A stretch of DNA of 64,000 nt, taken from the NCBI GenBank assembly GCA_965112155.1, contig OZ218098.1; one strand, written 5' to 3'. Below, piece after piece: positions 51,901-63,545 of the stretch. The notes below the pieces were generated by a model that worked only from the letters and a program-made list of their open reading frames with translations, was not told where the DNA came from and did not search any database. Numbering within the stretch: the first letter of the stretch is position 1; the number at the start of each line of letters is the position of its first letter. The translations under genes were made by a program, and so were the position numbers. This stretch comes from Podarcis liolepis (Eukaryota).

Positions 51901-53329
51901 CACTTACTTTATACCTAGATAAGGAATAAACCTCATTTAGCTCAATGGGACTTACTTCTGAGTAAACAAGACATAGCACTTATAATTCCCACTGATTTAA
52001 ATGAGGGTAAGCTTAACTTTCTCCCGCTCAAAGCAGTGGGCCATAAAACAGGCTGGGTTGTGCCCACAGTCCTCAATTAATTTCATCTCATTTTCTATTT
52101 TTCCGTTCTTATGAAGAAATTGTTTTGGTTGTTCCTGTTTGTAGCCTAAAAACATGTCTTTAATGTTTCGATTTAGGGGAAAATCCTTAGCAAATGATGC
52201 ATGCAAAAACAGAGTTATGTTGATTGAGCAGCTGTGTTCTTGGAGTGGGGGGAAGGAAGGAAAGATGGGAGAAAACATTCCAGATGTTTCATCCATGTAG
52301 CAACACCTTGCATAATATTGTCTCAAAATATCTTGGCCTAGTCCCACCTCATCATATCCTTCGCCTGGAGACTTCTGCCTAAAAGTACCCATCATTATAA
52401 AGTTAACCTTAATGATTTTATGACCTAACTCCCCATCTCCTTTTATAATTTAAGCAAGGTGCTCAGGCAAACTGCTAACATCTGTTATCAATATGTTATA
52501 TTTAGAGGCTTATATTTATCAGATATATAGTTTCCTACACATGGAAGTATTTCTAATAGCTTCTATCTACTGGCAGTCAAATAAGCTACATGCATACAAA
52601 AGTATGTAGCTGATCTGGTAATACTGTGGATCAATTTAAGAGTAATATGAGGAAAAAAGAATTATTCTCTCACATCCTGGACAGGATATCTTGTTTCTTT
52701 AATTATTTTAATGTCAATTTTATGACCATATGGCTTGAAATTACTTTGTCTCACTTGGGTAAATAAAAGGTGATACTTCTCTTCCAGAATACATACACAA
52801 CTAAACTAATCTAAGTTTTACATCAGTGAAGTCAATCGACTAAAACTAATACCAGAGTTTTCTTTCTGTAGCACAAAGCAGCCAATGGCCTCTGTGCAAC
52901 TTATGGTAATTTTAATGGATCTTGCACATAACATCTCCAACGTATTCTAGAGTCTTTAAGATAAGTGGACAGTCTTCACAGTATCATATGCGTATCAAGC
53001 TTGCACTATGAAGGAGTGAATTGAGGTTTCAAACAGCTGAGAAATTATCTTCTCCTGGAATCCTGTCAAAGTCTGAACATTTTCTGCAAGCACTGTCAGT
53101 TTGGTTTTTCCTTTTAATTGCAGTTAAGGGACATCTTTATTTCTGATATTTAGCATTAAATGAATATTTTATTGATAAGTTTAATGAAATTGTTATTTTA
53201 ATACTGTTACTTATTCTGAGCTTTAGGATGGTATTGATTAGAACACTAACTAGTCAGTTAACTAAATTAAATCAAGAATTTATTTTGTTGTTTTGTTTCT
53301 TGTCTTAACATAACAAAGCAACACCATAC

Positions 53330-53620
53330 AATCTATTTATTTATTTAATCATTTATAAGCTGTCTTTTGAAACCAAGTTCACCCAAGGCAGCAAAAAAAA
53401 AAAAAGAGCATAAAAACACAGTGATAGTATAATTAAAGTATATGAATTCAAACAAGCAACAACAACAACACAGATTAAAACATAATTCAGCCAATAAAAC
53501 ATAGCTCCAAAGCAACAACATGGCCAATAAAACACACACCTTTCAAAAGTGGGGTAGTTTTAAAGCCTTTTTAAATCGAGCAAATGAGGGGGCCAAATGC
53601 AGCCCTAATGCACCATTACT
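53330..53620 (-). mobile_element. Retroposon 3' end (L2-type)
   Basis: A (TTTA)n tail, ataagctgtcttt...acccaaggcagc, and an A/C-rich reversed UTR. Confidence 0.5.
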
Positions 53621-54049
53621 GTAGTCTAGTCTCAATGTAACTACGGCATGCATGACTGAAGCTAGATTCGCTATGTACAATTGTATAGTTGAACAAATAT
53701 GCAAATATTTCCTCTCTCTCAACTGTCACCTAGCCACGACCATTGTATCAGCAGAGGGAGAGAAGGGAAACAGGGTCACTCCATCAGCTCTGCAGAAAAG
53801 AGTTCCACTGGGCTTCTCTCCCCATCACCTGTCATCTGGGAGCAAGCATTCCATCAAACTGCAGCAGAGGAAAAGATAGGAAGCAGGGCCAGCCGATAAG
53901 AGACCAACAACTTTTAGCTTTTTCTTGCTTTGAACTTTTTTTCAATCCAACTGATAATAAGAACTTTGTGACTCTGAATAGTGCCTGAGTTTGCTTACCC
54001 CCCCCCCCGGACTCTTTTCCTTTTGTGACACATACACCTGGGAGCAGGC

Positions 54050-55060
54050 ATTTATATAATTTCTAAACATGGGATCCCATGATTAACCTCCCTTAATTTT
54101 GATAACAAAAATAATTTGGAGTGTCTTTCAGAATTTTCAGAATGGGAATAATCTATTTTGGCACAAAACATTTAAAAAATTGGAAGAGTTTCAATCTGTT
54201 GTTCAACTTTTAATCTGGGAAAAAATGCCATGTGCTATGAACAAAATCTCTACAAAGATATGCTTGAATCTGGTAAATCTTATAATCAGAAGTATGTCAC
54301 ATGGGCAGAGTAGGTTTCCTACAAAAGACAACCACTTTAGTCTTCTTGTAATTCACCTTTGCAAAAATTTCTTAAGGCAGTTATGTCTGAGACATGCTAT
54401 CTGTTCATAAGAAAGCAAATCATATTATTTGCATAAAGCAGTACTGATTATATTCTATTTCTCATCGCAACTGAAAGCAAAACCCTAGGCTCTGAAACAA
54501 TAGCAATGAGATAAAATTTAAAATCAAGAGACATGCAAATATAACCCCCTGTTGAACTCCCAGTATACTTTTGCCATTCTCACAGGAGTACAGGGATCTA
54601 ATGTAAAATAACAACCTTTTGTCAATATTGGCATGCTGTATTTTCGCCCATAACCTGTCTCTATCTATGGAACTGAAAGCTGCCTTTAGGTCAATACAAA
54701 GTGTATACAGGTAGCCTTTTTTAATGGAATATTTGTTAACCAAATGTGTAAAGGTAAATATGCTGTCTAATGACACGAAAATTGTCGTGGACCATGTTTG
54801 TTCCTTAAATAAAGTAATATTTATCTAGGTGCACTCCTGTACTACCGAACAGACATTTAGCATACAATATTCTGATTTTAAAAAGATTATACTGATAATA
54901 TTCATGTTCTGACCACCTGCAATCTCCCATGAAATACAAGAAAAAAATTTTGCCTGTTAAAAAGGTAGTCACCAAATTAGGTTTTGTTTATAAACAGAAG
55001 TTTGTGTGGTATGTCATTTTCCCCAGGGGTGTTGTTGCTGACCAGGGAACACACCTGCTC
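54050..55060 (-). mobile_element. Decayed RTE-X-like LINE reverse-transcriptase region
   Basis: Minus-strand motifs occur in order: TPGENDI (KAPGxD-like, about 55020), LYTLCIDLKAAFSSIDRDRLWAK, GVQQG, and SVLLYANN (decayed YADD, about 54421-54448). Confidence 0.75.
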
Positions 55061-55632
55061 CTCATATACAAATTTACATAGACTGCCTATGACACTTAAG
55101 GTTGGTACTCATTGCTGAAAACAGGAAAAGCAGCTCTCTCAGGCACTATTTGGACTATGTGCCATATCAAGAGATAGACGAAACCTTGAGAATCCATAAT
55201 TGCTATTTTCCAAAGCTGACACTGTTATTCCTGGCTGATTCTGTGATTATTCCACAGTCCAGCCCTGATAATGATATTCCCTGGCTTTAAAAACCCTCTT
55301 CTATTTCTTTTAATAAAATTTTGAACTTGCTTCCCTAAGTTAGGCGGATTAACCTAGCTGGCTGGGTGCCTTACCAGTTCTTTGGCTGCTTTATACTACA
55401 TTCTTGAAACCATTCTTTCCCCCTCATGAATCAGAGAAGCCAGCAAGCTGGAAGAAGCAAAGAAAGGTTCAAAACTACTACTGAATGTAGTAAAAGCTTG
55501 GTGAATTAAATTGGAGGAATTCTAATCCATGAATTGACTATAGCTGCTACATCTTGGACATAAGCTTGTGCTTCAGTAGTTAAAGCCACATCCTAATTCT
55601 ATGGAGAGGAGCAGAAATGTCCTGCTCAAAAT

Positions 55633-55921
55633 CAATTGCCCATAAGATGTAGTGATGGCATCCAACTTGATTGGCTTTAAAAAAGGAGTAGACAACTTCA
55701 TGGAGAGTGGCTACCAGCAATGATGGCTATATTCAGCCTCCACTATCAGAGGCAGGATGCCTCTGAATACCCTTTTCTGGGCATCACATGTGGGGAGAAT
55801 GTTGTTGCACTCCAATCTCATGTGGGTTTCCCATGGGCACCAGGATGGCCACTGTGAGAATAGGATGCTGGGCTTGATAGGCCTTGGCCTGTTTCAGCAG
55901 GGCTCTTCTTATGTTCTTATG
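55633..55921 (+). mobile_element. CR1 LINE 3' end (long-UTR family)
   Basis: gatgtagtgatggc...ggctttaaaaaaggagtagacaacttcatggag, ending in (ttcttatg)2. Confidence 0.85.
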
Positions 55922-56694
55922 TCATTAAATCACTTACTAACAGAGAATAATGGTGTCAGGTGTGATATTGTTCATGGCTCTAGGACGATTCAGAATACAG
56001 TTACCTACATTCACATCCATGCCCATAAGCATTCTCTGCAGCAATTTCCCTTTCCTAAACAGGAATAATCACCTGGTTTTGCTAGTGCATTAGCCTATCA
56101 TGATCTGGAGGCGTCTCATGACCTGTTCTGTGTTCAGGACCTCTTGGGGAAGTAACAAAACTGGAATCTTTGTAGGGGCAGCAAGATAGTCAGGTCACAG
56201 AATCTGAACAAGAAGCCATATGAAACCTTTGGTTGGAGATGCAAGTTGAGTTCAGTTAAAGAAAGGTTAGGAAACCGATGCAGGTACAAGGAGAGATGCT
56301 GGTAGCAGAATCACTGCAAGTGACAAACAAGGAGAAAGTCTGTAGGACCAGAGACTAAAGCAAAGCATGAATAGCAAAGAGAACAAGCTTCTTATCAGTA
56401 TAAACTCAGGCTGTTGTGTGGACAAAGTCTGCCTACAGAAAGGGGAAAGTTATGTAGGCATAGATGAAGGTAATGGCTAGTTATAGCAGGGATGGATAGA
56501 ATAAGACTGTGAAGATCTGCAGGGGACCACCTCAAGCAGATTGGCTTCATGATGGCTCTTTTAAGAAGGTCCCAGTTCACCTCTATAGGAGTGGGACTAC
56601 AATACAGTTAGCCCAGCCAAGAGATGTATGGAACAGGGAACAGCAGCTATCATTTGGGACTAATGAAGAGCTCTTGAGCTTAAATAGGTTAAGA

Positions 56695-57089
56695 TTTGGA
56701 CAGCCCAACTTTTCATACCAAGTAGGCTACAAGAGTACTTTGACATGGAACCCATGGGCTGCACACTGCCTTGTCACAGGGTGGGGTGGGGTTGGGGGGG
56801 TGGAGATTGAGACCAAAATTTGACACACCCACCCAGCCCTCACTGCCTTCCCAAAGCAGGGCTGTACAGATTCCTAGAGTCCATCCCCTCCTTCCCAAAG
56901 CCTGGTAAGTGCTTTCCCAGCTTTGGGAAGGAGGTGGGAGGGCTCTAGGACCCAACCAGAGCCTCACTTACCTGGCTTTGGGAAGGAAATGCAAGGGCAG
57001 GGTGGGGAGGGCGTCAAATGTTGTTGTGGCTGCCAAAAAATGCCTCAAGGGTCCCATGTGGCCTTCAGGCCACATGTTTGATAACCCTG
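56695..57089. mobile_element. Old hAT-like MITE with internal inverted repeats
   Basis: The right end is catgtggccttcaggccacatgtttgataaccctg. Internal cttcccaaagc / gctttgggaag repeats are present. The left boundary is approximate. Confidence 0.55.
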
Positions 57090-60039
57090 ACCTAAAAGCA
57101 GTTTGGACTTGGATGTTGGAGTAGAAAAGAAGTGAGCAGAGACCTAAGGAAGTGACCTCTCTTGGCCCTCACTGCACTTTCTTCTTCAGCCCACTGGGAG
57201 GTACAGAACATTCTGATAAGAAGCTCCCTCTACTCTCTTACTACTATTCAAGTAGTGGGATCTCCTAAAAGGGGGCCAGTAAGAAGCCCATTAGACATAC
57301 TGACCCATAAGCACTATAGCTCTGGGAAAGTGGACCACTGGGGTCCTATGTACCCCACAAGCTGGGGAGATCCTGCGAAATTTACTGGGACTGGGCTGAA
57401 TTCCTGTAGTCTGTAGCTAATATTAAGGAAGAAGACCCCAGCCTGAAGAAAGGCAAGTTAGAAATCCTTGGAAAGAACTCTGAACCCTGGAGGAAACCTG
57501 GGTTTCTTTTGCCCCAGGAAAGGACTGTGAGAATAGGGACCTAATGAAACTGAGGTTCCTGTACATTAGACTATATTGTTCTTAACCGGGGAGTCCCTCT
57601 GGTCCCATTCCCCATAAGAACCAGGACCCATGAATCACAGGGCTTCCAAGGTGCCACTCTGCCTTGGTGAAGCTACTTGTCCCACCCACCTACCCCTCGC
57701 AAAAAAGTATAAGTACCAAACTACATGTAACACACAGCTTCCAGATTTCTGGGGGTCTCCTATCACCTCATTCCAGAAGCAAAGAGGCTAAAGGGTGATT
57801 TTTGAAAAACCTGCCCACAGGAAAGCATCTAAGCATCCCTTTCGTCAGGACTGCTACTGAAATCATATTTGTAGTACTCCCCAACCTGCATTTCCCTTAA
57901 AAAAAACGTAAAAATAAATCAGGAAATGAACCATGAATCCCCTGCATCTTGTTCACTTTGGCTATAAGTGTTTTGCATATAGATGCCATAGTTCAAATAA
58001 GACTTCCTAGCCCTTGGGGAGGGAACCTGTAGCCCACGGTTTAATTTCAAGTTGCTCTCAGCATCAACCCCCCCCCTCCGGTGACACATGTATTGCTCTC
58101 CGGGTAGCTCTTCTAGGGATTGCTTCCTTTGCTGTTTTGTGTGTGCATGGATCCTATACAAAGTCCACCCACTATTCGCTCTGTCTTCACCAACCATCAG
58201 CTGTAGCCCCAACTGAATTTTCCAATGGGTCAACTGGACCTTCATAGCAAAAAGATCCATCACCCCTGAGCTAGCCCAATGCCTGGAGGGCCCATGGTTT
58301 TACTCCAATCATGAGTGATAACGTTTGGCAAAAGTAAGGCAAATTCCCTGTGGCGGCTCTTGAGGGAATGTGCTAGGATTCCTATATGCATCCCACTCAG
58401 CTGCAGGTTGGAATCGGACAAAAAGAATCTACTTCCAAAATTTCTCGAATGAAATAACCACATGGAAAGATGAATTCATTATATTTTACCTGCTGCAGGT
58501 GCATGAAAAATGAGGGAGAACGAGGACAAATAATTGAGTTCTTTTTTTCTGGGGGAAATGAATTTTATTCACACAAATCTACTTAATGTTTATAACAGAA
58601 ATGTGATGGCAATGTTTTAAATACTATGAAATGTTGAGTGAGATAGTTAGCTAGCTAAAAACTTCCACTTATACTAATATACTGTCAAATTGATTTTAAA
58701 TATTTCTAAAAGTTTTAACTGCTAAAAGAAAAGTTTGCCAATTAGATATAAAAAACTAAGCTTATGTGATGTAGACACTAAAGATAGTGATTAAAAATAT
58801 GTATAAAGATATTTTTAAGTGGAGCTCCACAGAAGTGTAAGGTGACATATATTACAAGAATAAATATGCAAAGTACATAATGTTCTGCCTTTTATGTAAT
58901 ACGGAATTTTTAAAATGTGTTTTCAGATGCAGTGCATAGACTAAGCACATGAATAGACTACCTTCCTTATTTTCCCCGGCATTTTTTCCAAAGACAACTG
59001 CTATCTGAAACAATCTCCGAAAATCACAAAAGCTACTTTTTTACTTTTGCATTCTTTTCAAGCATTGCACAAATGTGACTATAGCACAGGTACACATAGC
59101 AAATATATTGTGAATGGAGGGTCATGGCTAGTTTACATGTTTAGTTGCCCACATATAATACAATTTGCATATTATTTTCTAATTCATGCTTGATGCCATA
59201 CCATAATTTATGAACATGTTGTGCATATTCTATAATCATTATTCTCAAATATGAAGAACTTGAAATTGCCTCTAAAAAGATGTTGACACATAATCTTAAA
59301 GCCTAATCATAAGAGCTGCTGCTGCTGCAGGACAAAAGTTCATAGGATGAGATGTTAAGAGTCTTGATGCCAATCTTGTACTATTATCAAGAGCAAACAA
59401 AGACCACAGTATTGCCATAGAAAGAGCTACTGGTACTGCTGCAATAGTTGTGATCCCCTGCCTATGCTCAGGCATAACAGCAATACACAAGAATATTGGC
59501 ATGGGTGGCTAGGAAGCAGGAGCAATCGCTGGCCCTGCAGCATGGCATGCTAGTGGCCAAATGCTACTAGGAAAGATGGTGAAACTTTGTGTCCAATTTT
59601 CCAGATACTAATTGCCTGGGAACAGGAGTAGAACAGCCAAGGGGCAAAGTTGGCAAGATCTCTCCTGCTTTCAACATGCAGCATACTGGTTTAGCTGCAG
59701 CCACATTTCAAGCAGAATCAAAGGACTGGGACATCACAAATTAGTGTTAAATTTCTCTCTCTCTCTCTCTCTTACAGTAAAAAAAAAAAAAATCTAATAG
59801 ACCAAACAAAATCCATACATCTTGGCTGTATGTGGCCTGGAAACTGGCACAGAATATAGTATCCAAGATTCTTAGTTTTCTATTTTTAAAGGCAACTTTC
59901 TAGATCCTTTTAAATATCTGGGAAGTGGGTGCTTTCAGATGTCACAATAAAGTATGAGTTATCATTATGGGAATGAGCCTTGGTCTCCTGTACTCTTTCC
60001 TCCCCTCTCTTTCTCTGGCATGGCTTCAAGAAGAAAATG

Positions 60040-60480
60040 GAAAGCTTTTGCTTCCCTTTATGATTAACCACAGTTTAATGCAGTGTTTCTCATACTTGAG
60101 TCTCCGGCTGTTGTTGGACTACAACTCCCATCATCCCTGACCACTAGTGCTGCTAGCCAGCAATGCTGAGAGTGGTAGTAAAACAACGGCTGGGGACCCA
60201 AGTTTGAGAAACACTGGTTTAATGTTACATCTGTACACTAAACTGTGGTTAATCTTAATTGTGATGTGTTAGAACAGACCACCTTTATAACCCATGGTTT
60301 GAAAATGGCTTCTTTCAAACAAAGCATAATTAAGATGAATCACAGTTTGTCAGGTTCAGACAAAGCACTAAGCTACAGTTAATCAAAAACAGAAGTGAAG
60401 GGCTTCAGAACTCCTCCTCTGCTATGCAGGGACAGGGGTGGATGGCAGGTCATCCCCATCACAGTAAGCCACAGTTTGAA
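60040..60480. repeat. Old repeat built from AACCACAGTTT-type motifs; host of the 60081 MITE
   Basis: Recurring aaccacagttt / aaactgtggtt / acccatggttt / atcacagttt / agccacagttt motifs. Confidence 0.5.
60081..60216. mobile_element. hAT MITE, 136 bp (third TIR type)
   Basis: TIR cagtgtttctca / tgagaaacactg, perfect TSD gtttaatg, and the same ctacaactcccatcatccctgaccact core as the other copies. Confidence 0.92.
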
Positions 60481-61496
60481 GCCAATGACTGGTCAAATCT
60501 CTGAAGCCAACTGCTGGGTTTCAATGTCCTGCATGGCACTTTGCCTCTTCCCTTTATTATTGTAAGTAGCTAAGTAAATGATTTGCACTGATGGACTAGA
60601 CGGAACATACATATGATAAAACTGGACAGTTCTTGTGTTCACCATGGTGTGAGTTGCCAGCATTCTTTATATATCAACAGCTTGGAATGTGTTCATTTTT
60701 TCCAACATAAAGTGTACACGCTATAAAAAGCAGACTTGGTTAGCATCTTGGTTAGCAGATTCAGAATAAGTAGTGGCAAACACAAAACACTTATGGGAAA
60801 AGTGGAATATATGTTAGTGCATTAAAAAATCTCATTCTGCAACTAATCCTCAGTTATTAGCTGCAGAATGAGATTTTTTTACTCACAGCAGCTATAATGC
60901 TCTTACTATGAGGTTAACAATGAAACTCTAGTGTGAACCAAGGTAGGTGCTCTCACAGTCATCTTCAAAGATTTCTTTGATTCTAACTAAGGGCATGCTT
61001 TAAAATTGGCAATTTAAGCAGATTTAGAGACTCAACATTTGACATGCAACTCTCAAATATAATATAGAAGGGCATCTGTAATGACAATCCCCAGAATACA
61101 CTGTAATAAAGAAACTTAATGTATAGTTACACAGATTTGTACCAGCTTAGAATCTGGCCCACACGATTCTATGTGCATGCATAATTTGCACATTCTATGT
61201 GCAAATGCAAAAGGGCATTGTGAGCCTTTGTTAGAAACCAATCATCTGTGCTTATTGCTGCATGTTAAAAAGCCCCATTGCGCATTTGCTTACATCTTAT
61301 TTTAAACCTTTCATAGATGCCCATCAGTAGATCTTTAGCACATAGATGTGAAAATGATAGATGAGATCTGATTCATCTGTACATGTTTATTAACACTAAG
61401 ATTTTACCTTAGGCTGTTGGCTGAAATGCTGGTTTGGTAATTCTTATTCAAAGCAGATTGATATGCTGCTATAGAGAGCTCCACTCGCTGATGCAG

Positions 61497-61652
61497 NNNN
61501 NNNNNNNNNNNNNNNNNNNNNNNNNNNNNNNNNNNNNNNNNNNNNNNNNNNNNNNNNNNNNNNNNNNNNNNNNNNNNNNNNNNNNNNNNNNNNNNNNNNN
61601 NNNNNNNNNNNNNNNNNNNNNNNNNNNNNNNNNNNNNNNNNNNNNNNNNNNN
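61497..61652. other. Assembly gap (156 N)
   Basis: Run of N. Confidence 1.
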
Positions 61653-62457
61653 CCACGAATTTATATGGGCTGGACCAAAGAAAAATGGAATTTGATTATT
61701 AAAACAACCCTATTCCTCAAGATTCTAGTGGCATAGTATGTTCAAATTAAATACAAAGAAAGCAATATCCATAATACCTGCCTCTGTTGGCTCATGTAAT
61801 GTTTCTTTTGGGGGAACAGTGTATCATGTTAAAAGATATCGCATTGCCACAAACAGATTTTTTTTTCTGGTTTTTCACTATTTCCATTGTAAAACACAAA
61901 CCTATATTTTGGCATTGCTTATTTTTTATTTTATTTTAAAAATATCTGTGTATCAAAGTATTCTAAAAATGTTTGCTGCACTGTACACTGACACAAATTC
62001 AAATTAACCCTTAATTTACCATTCAGAATACACTAAGAAGCTAGATCCATATAATTCACTAAAATGTTCAGTGTTTTTCCTCATTTGAATTGAATCCAAA
62101 AGCGGCTTTTCCCAGCCTAGTATATTTTTCACAATAAAACCACAAATAATGCTGCTAGTTTCCTTAACCACATTAGTTCCATCACCCAATATCTCTAGTT
62201 CTCTGCTTGAAATCTACCACAGGATGGCCCCTTTCATGCTATCTTTCTCTGCCCTCCTTTTGAGCATATCAATGTTCATTGTTATTGGCTAGTACTGTGT
62301 ACATCCTACAAAACACATGTCTTCAGGTTATGAAATTTATCAGGATTTTTAATTTGTTTTGTTTTGATATGTATTCAGATTTTTCAGAATGTTTAAAGTG
62401 CTTCATGCTAGAAAGCTAAATTGTGTGCCGTAACATAGCTGTGCTTGACACATTATA

Positions 62458-62700
62458 CAGCCGTACCTTGGTTCTCAAACGCCTTGTGACTCGAACATTT
62501 TGGCTCCTGAACGCCGCAAACCCGGGAGTGTGTGTTTAGGTTTGCCAATGTTCTTTGGAACCCAAACATCTGACACAGCTTCCAACTGACTGCAGGAAGT
62601 TCCTGCAGCCAATCCGAAGGTGCGCCTTGGTTTTTTGAATGTTTTTGGAAGTCGAATGGACTTCCGGAACGGATTCTGTTTGAAAACCAAAGTATGACTG
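62458..62700. mobile_element. Tigger/pogo-type MITE, 243 bp
   Basis: TA|cagccgtaccttggtt...aaccaaagtatgactg|TA. The subterminal ggacttccggaacggatt is shared with 7894-8134. Confidence 0.88.
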
Positions 62701-63191
62701 TACTCAGTCTGAGAACCTATACATTATTTTTCTTAGGAATAAAGTAAGTGACATATATGGAGCAAATGAGAAAAGCACCACATTACTCAAGGTTTCTTCT
62801 CACATTGCTTTTCCTAACATGCATTCTGAAGATACAGAAATAGAGAGAAGGTGCTGCATATCTTTGAAACCTGACAACAGGCAACTGTGCCTCTCAAACA
62901 TAGGTTTGGTAAACCTCCTGGCAAAATGGATTCATGTAGGTTACATACATCAAACTGTTTTCAGGTTATGACAACACACAAGAATATTGAGTCAGAAATC
63001 CGCCATAAGCAACAAGAGGCCAAACAGTCCATCTTAAGACCAAATAATTGTTGCTTCACTTTAATCAGGTGAGCATGTGTGACTTTGAAGCACGTCCACC
63101 TCAAAAGTGAAAAAAAAGTAGAAACACTGTGAACTAGACAGTTAAGAGTGCCAGCTCCATGGGTGCTAACTATTGCTGTAGAATCCTTACA

Positions 63192-63431
63192 CAGTGGTAC
63201 CTCTGGTTGCGAATGGGATCCATTCCGGAGGCCCGTTCGCAACATGAGCAGAACGCAACCCACGTCTGCGCATCTGCGGGTCGCGATTCACCACTTCTGT
63301 GCATGATGTCATTTTGCGCATCTGCGCATGCGGCAAAACCCGGAAGTAACCCTTTCCGGTACTTTCGGGTCGCCGCAGGACGCAACTTGAAAACACTCAA
63401 CCTGAAGCAAATGTAACATGAGGTATGACTG
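63192..63431. mobile_element. Tigger/pogo-type MITE, 240 bp, CpG-rich
   Basis: cagtggtacctc...gaggtatgactg|TA, with internal tctgcgcatgcg repeats. Confidence 0.85.
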
Positions 63432-63545
63432 TACATTTGTGTTACCAGGTTAAGAAACGGGTTTCTAAAGTTCCATTTAGTAAACAATGTTAGTACATAC
63501 TTCCAATCCACTCTGTCAAATGCTTTTATGGAATTCATTGCTATT
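63432..63545 (-). mobile_element. L1/Tx1-type reverse-transcriptase fragment
   Basis: NSIKAFDRVDWKYVLTLFTKWNFRNPFLNLVTQMY matches DAEKAFDRVEWxYL...FGF...F...I..LY. It is cut by the adjacent MITE. Confidence 0.75.
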
